DNA of 64,000 nucleotides, from NCBI GenBank assembly GCA_033763315.1, contig JANRKS010000006.1, positions 96,001 to 160,000 on the forward strand, read 5' to 3'. The notes below the pieces were generated by a model. That model was given only the letters and a program-made list of their open reading frames with translations, was not told the DNA's origin and made no database searches. The stretch comes from Deltaproteobacteria bacterium. Lineage in GTDB: Bacteria > Myxococcota_A > Polyangia > Fen-1088. Shown one piece after another: positions 57,977 through 64,000 of this stretch; the first letter of the stretch is position 1; the number at the start of each line of letters is the position of its first letter. The position numbers and the translations under genes are program-made.

Positions 57977-59566
57977 CTAGCTTTCACAATCGATGACGTC
58001 GACGACGTTTAAACCGTTTTCCTGATGCGGTAAAACGTTCAGCAGCCGCGCGCCCTCTCCACGCGTCAAACGGATGGACGGATGGTGGCTTTGTGCTCCC
58101 AACCCCTCAAAGCCGTCGATGACGATGCGCTTGAAGTCCTCGATCTGCACGGCACTCGTGCAGAAATCTGCCGGGGCGCTCGGCCACCTCACCCGCAGGT
58201 CGCGCAGGTGAAGATCATGAACGTGGCGCGCAAACACCCCCGCGATGTCGTGCTTGAACAGATTCGTTCTCAGTTGATCAGTGAGGCGCAGATCAAAGTT
58301 GCCGCCATACTGGTCGTTCAGTGGGTCAGGCTGAATTTGCAGGTCTAGGTCTCGAAACTGCACGTCTTCAATCGGGCTATCCTTTTGGCCCCAAATCACT
58401 ACACCCGCAGGGCTTCGCGCGACGATGTTCTCGAACCGCACGCCCCGAATGCGGCCAAGCCGTGCGGCAGCTTGTTCCCATCGTGCGCAAGACACGTGAA
58501 TGGGTTCACCTTTGCCCCACCACCGCCCCGAGAACAACCTTGTTTCGATCGAACAGTCACGAAAGACGATGTCTTCGATGTCACCCGCGCTGCGGCTAAA
58601 AACGCCCAGCCCGCGGTTGCTGTCTTTGATCACAAGATTGGAAAAGTAACAGCTGCGCATGGGCGCGCTGCCATCGTAGCCAACACGCACCGCGGTGGAA
58701 CGGGTCTTGAGCCAACAGTTGTTGACCGTCACGCCGCGGCTGCCAAAAAACACCAAGCAGTCGTCGCCCGTTTCAACGTGACATTCGCTTATCCGGACGC
58801 TTTCGCAGTCGGTGAAATCCATCCCGTCGTCATTCGGGATCTTCAGCTGCACATCGCGGCTGTTGACGTCGAGCCCGGTCACCCACACGCGCTGGCAACG
58901 CGCCATATGGATGTGCCAGGTTGGCGAGTTGCGTACTGTGATGTCGCGAAGGCGCACGTTGTGGCAGTTGGCAAAATAGATAACGTTGCCAGGGCGCGGT
59001 GGTCCCTTCTTGCTGGGGCCATCCACAAACAACTTCTCGGACATGAACGCGGCGCCCTGGCGCGTGACGGCGGCATCGAAGTCACTGCCGGCGTGAGAGA
59101 AGTCAAGCGTTCGCGAAGCCATCGATTGCCCGTCAAGCGTGCCCTGTCCCTCAATGCTTAGGTACCCAGCCCCCGTGGCCGAGATCAGCCCCCGTCGGCG
59201 CTTGCCACCCTTGATGGGGTCTTCGTATTCAGGGTAATCCTCAATGCGGCGGGATCCACAAATCGTGGCGCCGGCGGCCAAATGCAGCGTGGTATGCGAA
59301 TGCATGATGAGGCCGGCTGCCACATAGGTGCCGGGGCCAACGAGAACCGTCCCGCCGCCTTGTTTGGCACAGGCGTTAAGCGCCGCTTGCAAAGCGCTTG
59401 TGTCGTTGGTGACGCCATCTCCCTTCGCGCCGTATCCCCGCACCTCAATGACGCCGGCGCGTCGCAAGCCAGACAGTCCCGCGCAGCCAACCAACCCCCA
59501 AAGGGGCGCCATCAGGGTGAGACGCCGCCGCGTATCGGCCGCAGGAGTCGATGCTGGTAATTTCAC
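57977..59566 (-). CDS. GH28-like (polygalacturonase-family) beta-helix glycoside hydrolase, exported
   Basis: YGAKGDG..DT.ALQ.A..C...GG; NSPTW; PNDDG.D; TGDDC (GH28 NxD/GDD pattern). A His-containing GH28 motif is not evident. Confidence 0.75.
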   Translation of the reverse strand: MKLPASTPAADTRRRLTLMAPLWGLVGCAGLSGLRRAGVIEVRGYGAKGDGVTNDTSALQAALNACAKQGGGTVLVGPGTYVAAGLIMHSHTTLHLAAGATICGSRRIEDYPEYEDPIKGGKRRRGLISATGAGYLSIEGQGTLDGQSMASRTLDFSHAGSDFDAAVTRQGAAFMSEKLFVDGPSKKGPPRPGNVIYFANCHNVRLRDITVRNSPTWHIHMARCQRVWVTGLDVNSRDVQLKIPNDDGMDFTDCESVRISECHVETGDDCLVFFGSRGVTVNNCWLKTRSTAVRVGYDGSAPMRSCYFSNLVIKDSNRGLGVFSRSAGDIEDIVFRDCSIETRLFSGRWWGKGEPIHVSCARWEQAAARLGRIRGVRFENIVARSPAGVVIWGQKDSPIEDVQFRDLDLQIQPDPLNDQYGGNFDLRLTDQLRTNLFKHDIAGVFARHVHDLHLRDLRVRWPSAPADFCTSAVQIEDFKRIVIDGFEGLGAQSHHPSIRLTRGEGARLLNVLPHQENGLNVVDVIDCES

Positions 59567-61221
59567 GGTGCCTGTCCGTCGGTGGCTTCACTTTGTTTGT
59601 AGCCAATACGAATGGCCACGGCACGAACCTTGGTGCCTGCAGCCAGTTTGAGCGGCTCGCTATAGAGGCTCCAGTGGCTGCCGCCAATGCCGCCACCGGC
59701 TTGATAGGCCACGGACGCACCATCGGTGGGCGAGGCGATGCGAAGATAGCCGTGGTATCGCTCCATCACAGGCTTGTCTGTCACGGGTTGCTTGCCCCCA
59801 GGCCAAAACATATTGACCATCTCGGGCTCGGGCAAGAATCCCAAATCGGGCTCCGCCATGACGAATTCGTCGACCGCATTGCGGAGCCGCAGCAGCTCTT
59901 GGCGGTAGCGAGGATCTTGCGCCACATTTCGCACTTCGTGGGGATCAGTCTTGGTGTCAAACAACTCCTCCGCAGGTTTGTTGGGTCGAAACCATAACAT
60001 CTGCGTTTCGTTCAGCTTGCCGTTTTTAAGCTGAGCGTAGATATCGAGCATGCCCTTCTGGTTGCGGCGAAAGGCAATGTCTTGGTGCATGGGCTTTTGC
60101 GGCTGAAAGTAGCGAATGTATTTCCAACGCTTGTCGCGCGCGGCACGCACAAGGTCATAGGCTTCATCCATACGATCGCGGGTGGCGAAAAACACGTCTC
60201 GCGGCTTTGCCTTTTGTGGCCCCAAAAAGGCCTGGCCGTCCATCCACTCCGGCACTTTGGCCCCGGCCAACGAGATCATGCTTGGCCCCAGATCCATCAA
60301 GGTGACCAACTGATCGGATTTGGTTCCCGCCCCGCGTTTGTTGGGCCAACGGATGATGAGCGGCACCTGCAAGCCCGAGTCGTAGACTTCGCGTTTGCCA
60401 CGCGGCAAACCGGCGCCATGATCGCCGTAAAAGATAACCACCGTTTCATCCAGCAAACCGGCTTGTTCGAGCTCTGCCAGCTGTTCTCCGATCCTGATGT
60501 CCAAATGCGCCAGGTTGTCGTAGTAGCGGCTCACATCGGTGCGCACCGCCGGCGTGTCAGGATAGTAGGGCGGCAGTTTCACCGTTTTCGGATCGATCGT
60601 GAGTGGTTCATCCGCCTGGGCCCACACCTGGGACTCGTGGGTTTCCATGTAATTGAAGACGGCGAAAAACGGAGTGGTCTTGGCAGGGCGGTTGCGCCAG
60701 TGCGCCTTTGAGCTGCTTTCGTCCCACGCCGTGATTGGGCGGTTGAATTGGTAGTCTTCTTTGGGGTTGTTGCTGGTGTAGTAACCAGCCGCACGTAGAT
60801 ATTCCGTGAAACACTTGACCTGGGGGGGCGGGGTTGTTTCATACGGGATCACGCCAACCAGGCCCTTGGCGTTGGTTCGCATGTTCTGCGCGCCAATTCG
60901 TGTGGGGTACTTTCCCGTGATGATGGAAGCACGGCTCGGCGCGCAAACACCAACCACGGCGAACGCATTCGTGTACGTCACACCCTCGGCAGCCAACCGG
61001 TCGATATGGGGCGTCTTTACCGTGCGGTCGCCGTAGGCCGCGAAGTGCGGTCCAATGTCTTCTGCCACCAACCAAACAATGTTGGGGCGATATGGCTCGT
61101 CACGGACAGTCGGCGGGGCGGCGTGTGCCGTCAAGGCGATGGCAACTGTGACGCCAAATGAGGCGAGCCTGATAGGACGCGTAAGGCCCCAAGGAGCAGT
61201 TCCTGTTTTCATAGAGTTCAT
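59563..61221 (-). CDS. exported sulfatase (S1, Cys-type) with C-terminal FN3-associated-like domain
   Basis: PNIVWLVAED; CAPSRASIITG; YGDHG; GKR..YDSG..VPLII; EELFD...DP.E. Start estimated. Confidence 0.9.
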   Translation of the reverse strand: MNSMKTGTAPWGLTRPIRLASFGVTVAIALTAHAAPPTVRDEPYRPNIVWLVAEDIGPHFAAYGDRTVKTPHIDRLAAEGVTYTNAFAVVGVCAPSRASIITGKYPTRIGAQNMRTNAKGLVGVIPYETTPPPQVKCFTEYLRAAGYYTSNNPKEDYQFNRPITAWDESSSKAHWRNRPAKTTPFFAVFNYMETHESQVWAQADEPLTIDPKTVKLPPYYPDTPAVRTDVSRYYDNLAHLDIRIGEQLAELEQAGLLDETVVIFYGDHGAGLPRGKREVYDSGLQVPLIIRWPNKRGAGTKSDQLVTLMDLGPSMISLAGAKVPEWMDGQAFLGPQKAKPRDVFFATRDRMDEAYDLVRAARDKRWKYIRYFQPQKPMHQDIAFRRNQKGMLDIYAQLKNGKLNETQMLWFRPNKPAEELFDTKTDPHEVRNVAQDPRYRQELLRLRNAVDEFVMAEPDLGFLPEPEMVNMFWPGGKQPVTDKPVMERYHGYLRIASPTDGASVAYQAGGGIGGSHWSLYSEPLKLAAGTKVRAVAIRIGYKQSEATDGQAP

Positions 61222-61295
61222 CGTTGGGATGGTGGGTGGTTCAGATTTTCCAGGGAGGCGATCCTCAACCGTAAATGCTCGCCCAAAGTCTTCCT

Positions 61296-61311
61296 GTTGA
61301 GGATCGTCAAT
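61296..61311. promoter_or_regulatory. palindromic operator between divergent sulfatases
   Basis: GTTGAGGATCGTCAAT; an inverted partial copy (CGATCCTCAAC) lies at 61259-61269. Confidence 0.7.
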
Positions 61312-61425
61312 GTCTTCGCTTGCCATGCGGAATTGGCATTGTTCGTGTGAGCTGGGCCGATCGCAAGAGAAACGGCTGAGGCTGAGGCTTGCCGGACGCA
61401 TCGTCATCGTCGATAGTCTCGCCTC

Positions 61426-62928
61426 ATGCGTGTTTCGTCCAAGATTCATGGCTTCATTTCACGTCGCCTGGGGAGCGTGGCTTTGTTTGGGCTGCTGTGC
61501 GCGGCTTGTGCGTCGTCGCCGAATCAGGGCGCTCACGGGGAAATGCCGTCAGCCAAGCGTCCCCCCAACATCATCTTCATCATGGCGGATGATCTTGGTT
61601 ACGGAGAACTGGGGGCTTATGGGCAGCGCACAATCAAAACGCCTCGGCTTGATCGCATGGCCGCGGAAGGCTTGAAGTTCTCAGATTTTTACGCCGGCAC
61701 AACTGTATGCGCTCCGTCTCGCGCCGTTCTCATGACCGGCCGTCACACGGGGCGTGTTTCCATCCGCGGCAACGCGAATAAGGAAATCCAAAAGCTTTCG
61801 CGCAGTGAAACGACCTTGGCCGAGGTGCTCAAGCCGGCAGGCTACAACACCGCGCTGGTGGGGAAATGGGGCATGGGTGAAGAAGGATCAGGCGCTCGCC
61901 CCAATGAGCGTGGCTTTGACTTCTTCTATGGCTATCTCAACCAGGTGCACGCGCACAACTATTACCCCGAGTTTGTGTGGCGCAATGACCGCAAGGAGCC
62001 CTTGCGCAACGTGGTTCAGCCCGCAAAGGAGGGTTACGGTGATTTCCAAGGCGGCTACGCGACCCAGAAGATCGACTACACACATGATCTGTTCATGAAC
62101 GAGGCAACCGCTTGGGTGCGTGGGCAAAACAAGCAGCCGTTCTTTCTGTATTTGGCACTCACCACGCCGCATGCGAACAACGAAGCCGCCAAAGAACTGG
62201 GCGATGGCCAAGAGGTGCCCGACTATGGCATCTACGCCGATCGCCCGTGGCCGAACGCACAGAAGGGTCAGGCGGCGATGGTTTCACGTCTCGACAAGGA
62301 CGTGGGACGCTTGCTGGATCTCTTGGTCGAGCTTCACATCGACAAAGACACGCTGGTGCTCTTTACCTCAGACAACGGGCCGCACGCCGAGGGTGGTTTT
62401 GACGTGGCGTCGTTCACACCTGCGGGGCCGTTGCGTGGCATCAAGCGAGATCTTTACGAGGGTGGCATTCGCGAACCCCTCATTGCATGGTGGCCTGGCA
62501 CCATCGCTGCAGGACGAATCAGTCGTCACGTTGGCTATTTGGGTGACGTGATGGCCACGGTGGCTGATCTGGCACGCGTTCCCGTTCCCGCCAACATCAA
62601 CAGCTTGTCGTTTGCCCCCGAATTGCGAGGCCAGCGGCAACCGCCGCACGAACATCTTTATTTTGAGTTCTATGAACAGGGCGGCAAACAAGCCGTGCGC
62701 AAAGGCCCATGGAAGGCTGTGCGTGCAGGCCTCGGGCAGGGGCCGTTGGAACTTTATGACCTTGAAAAGGATCTTGGTGAGTCACAGGACGTGGCTGCGC
62801 TTCACCCTGACATCGTGGAACAGATGATCACCATCATGGCGGAAGAACACGTGGAAGATCCGCGCTGGAAGGTGGGGGGCCATGCGCCGCCACCGCCGCC
62901 GCCTGGGCATGGCCGCGCTCCGTTCTAA
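61426..62928 (+). CDS. arylsulfatase-like (S1, Cys-type) exported protein
   Basis: PNIIFIMADDLGYG; CAPSRAVLMTG; GKWGMG; TSDNG; KRDLYEGGIR.P; ELYDL..D..E. Confidence 0.93.
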   Translation: MRVSSKIHGFISRRLGSVALFGLLCAACASSPNQGAHGEMPSAKRPPNIIFIMADDLGYGELGAYGQRTIKTPRLDRMAAEGLKFSDFYAGTTVCAPSRAVLMTGRHTGRVSIRGNANKEIQKLSRSETTLAEVLKPAGYNTALVGKWGMGEEGSGARPNERGFDFFYGYLNQVHAHNYYPEFVWRNDRKEPLRNVVQPAKEGYGDFQGGYATQKIDYTHDLFMNEATAWVRGQNKQPFFLYLALTTPHANNEAAKELGDGQEVPDYGIYADRPWPNAQKGQAAMVSRLDKDVGRLLDLLVELHIDKDTLVLFTSDNGPHAEGGFDVASFTPAGPLRGIKRDLYEGGIREPLIAWWPGTIAAGRISRHVGYLGDVMATVADLARVPVPANINSLSFAPELRGQRQPPHEHLYFEFYEQGGKQAVRKGPWKAVRAGLGQGPLELYDLEKDLGESQDVAALHPDIVEQMITIMAEEHVEDPRWKVGGHAPPPPPPGHGRAPF

Positions 62929-62997
62929 AGGTTCAAAGCGAAGCGTGCCCACTAGACGGCACAGAAATCCAACCGCGCTCGCCCTATGCGTCTCTCG

Positions 62998-64000
62998 TTA
63001 CGAAAACACGTCGCCGAACGAAGACTGTGTGTTGCGCGGCAGCTCGATCGTGAACAACACGCTGTCGTCGGGCCAGCTGGCTACGCCCAAGACGCCATTG
63101 ACCCGGCGGATGAGCTCGCGCGCAAAAAACAATTCGATGCCCAACCAATCATAAAGCTCTGGGTTGCCCGCTCGTCCGGCCAATGCGGCCGCCGCGTGCG
63201 AGCCATCGAGGCCGTGATAACGGACTGACACGCGGGCCAAGGGCCCGTGTTTTTCAAGGCTCACCAGCACGGGACCTTCGCAGCCGTGGCGCAATGCCAG
63301 CCGCAGCGTGTGTAAGAACGCCGCTTTGGTGCTTTCCTCATCCACCCGCCCGAACACAGCGCCCTGCGCTTTGAAGGTTACGGGCCCACTGCTGTGCTCG
63401 CTTTGGGTGCGCACCTGCGCGATGCAGTCGCCGATGAGATCCGTGAGATCAACCGTGCGAGGGTGCAGCACCGCCGGCGCGGCCAACAATTCAGCCACGG
63501 CGTCCAGACGGGCTTGCAGGTGCTGTAAGCGATCCCATGCCTCCTCCGTTTCCGTCCCAGGCTGCGCCTGCCGATGAAGCTGTAAAACCGAGGCACGCAG
63601 TTGGCGCGCCACCATTCCGATCAAGCGATCGCGCAGATCGATACCGCGCGATAGGTTCACAGCGACACGTCGGTAATGTTCGATTTCGTGCTGCAGCGTT
63701 GTGCTCACGGGCGCTTCCTCGTTGGGATCACGGCTGCGCAGCAATTGGTGGATCACCCAATCCAGTTGGCGCGCGTCTGTGGGCGAGCGATCGTCACGAA
63801 ACGCGTTGGGATCGAAGAAGGCGTTGGTGCACAAACGATCGCCCAGCAATACATGCGGGTGGACCGTGATCAGATCGCGCAGCGTGTGTGGATCCACGTG
63901 TGCTTTTGCGTAGACGCACAGGCTGGTCAGGTCGCCGCACTCTTGGTGCAGGTCGCACACGTTGGTTTCATAAACCAATAAGGCACGCGGCTCTGATACG
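62998..64000 (-). CDS. MEDS-domain protein with degenerate histidine-kinase-like C-terminus (5' end outside window)
   Basis: YE..V....SLCVY....HPHV..C.NAFF resembles the MEDS C-terminus; kinase-like region lacks H-box His and N-box Asn; frame open to the window edge. Confidence 0.6.
   Translation of the reverse strand, partial: VSEPRALLVYETNVCDLHQECGDLTSLCVYAKAHVDPHTLRDLITVHPHVLLGDRLCTNAFFDPNAFRDDRSPTDARQLDWVIHQLLRSRDPNEEAPVSTTLQHEIEHYRRVAVNLSRGIDLRDRLIGMVARQLRASVLQLHRQAQPGTETEEAWDRLQHLQARLDAVAELLAAPAVLHPRTVDLTDLIGDCIAQVRTQSEHSSGPVTFKAQGAVFGRVDEESTKAAFLHTLRLALRHGCEGPVLVSLEKHGPLARVSVRYHGLDGSHAAAALAGRAGNPELYDWLGIELFFARELIRRVNGVLGVASWPDDSVLFTIELPRNTQSSFGDVFS

Noticed and set aside
61222-61449. 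N-terminal ORF extensions in the track (also starts at 950, 3891, 24291, 25721, 29177, 43676, 53288, 56076)
   Set aside because: They overlap neighbouring genes or operators and precede the signal peptide or first conserved motif.

Overview
GC-rich bacterial window. Gly-rich lipoproteins, an FHA-sigma54 activator, a Ser/Thr kinase and PEGA proteins suggest Myxococcota (inference). About 42 genes; I saw no rRNA, tRNA or CRISPR array. The dominant feature is six divergent copies of a two-gene cassette: a DUF1592/DUF1588-type CxxCH protein (mostly lipoproteins) plus a Tat-signal, His-motif DUF1552 protein. Four copies sit in tandem at 43.8-57.9 kb. They are interleaved with glycan and acid-sugar catabolism genes (GH106-like, GH28-like, two sulfatases, esterase-like lipoprotein, KdgT, four-carbon acid-sugar kinase, PdxA2, malate synthase G) and two beta-propeller sensor kinase / LuxR-type response regulator pairs. 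The main unexplained DNA-level signal is a palindrome, GTTGA-N6-TCAAC (best copy CAGTTGACGATCGTCAACTG), found by eye 12 times. Every copy lies upstream of a likely start codon, and six copies are centred 42.5-44.5 bp upstream of seven starts. This suggests one regulon linking the cassettes to the catabolic genes and to both two-component systems. A separate kinase / FHA-EBP / sigma54-promoter module precedes an NGL-repeat lipoprotein. Malate synthase G is split by a 1-nt frameshift. All family calls come from motif recognition, not database searches.
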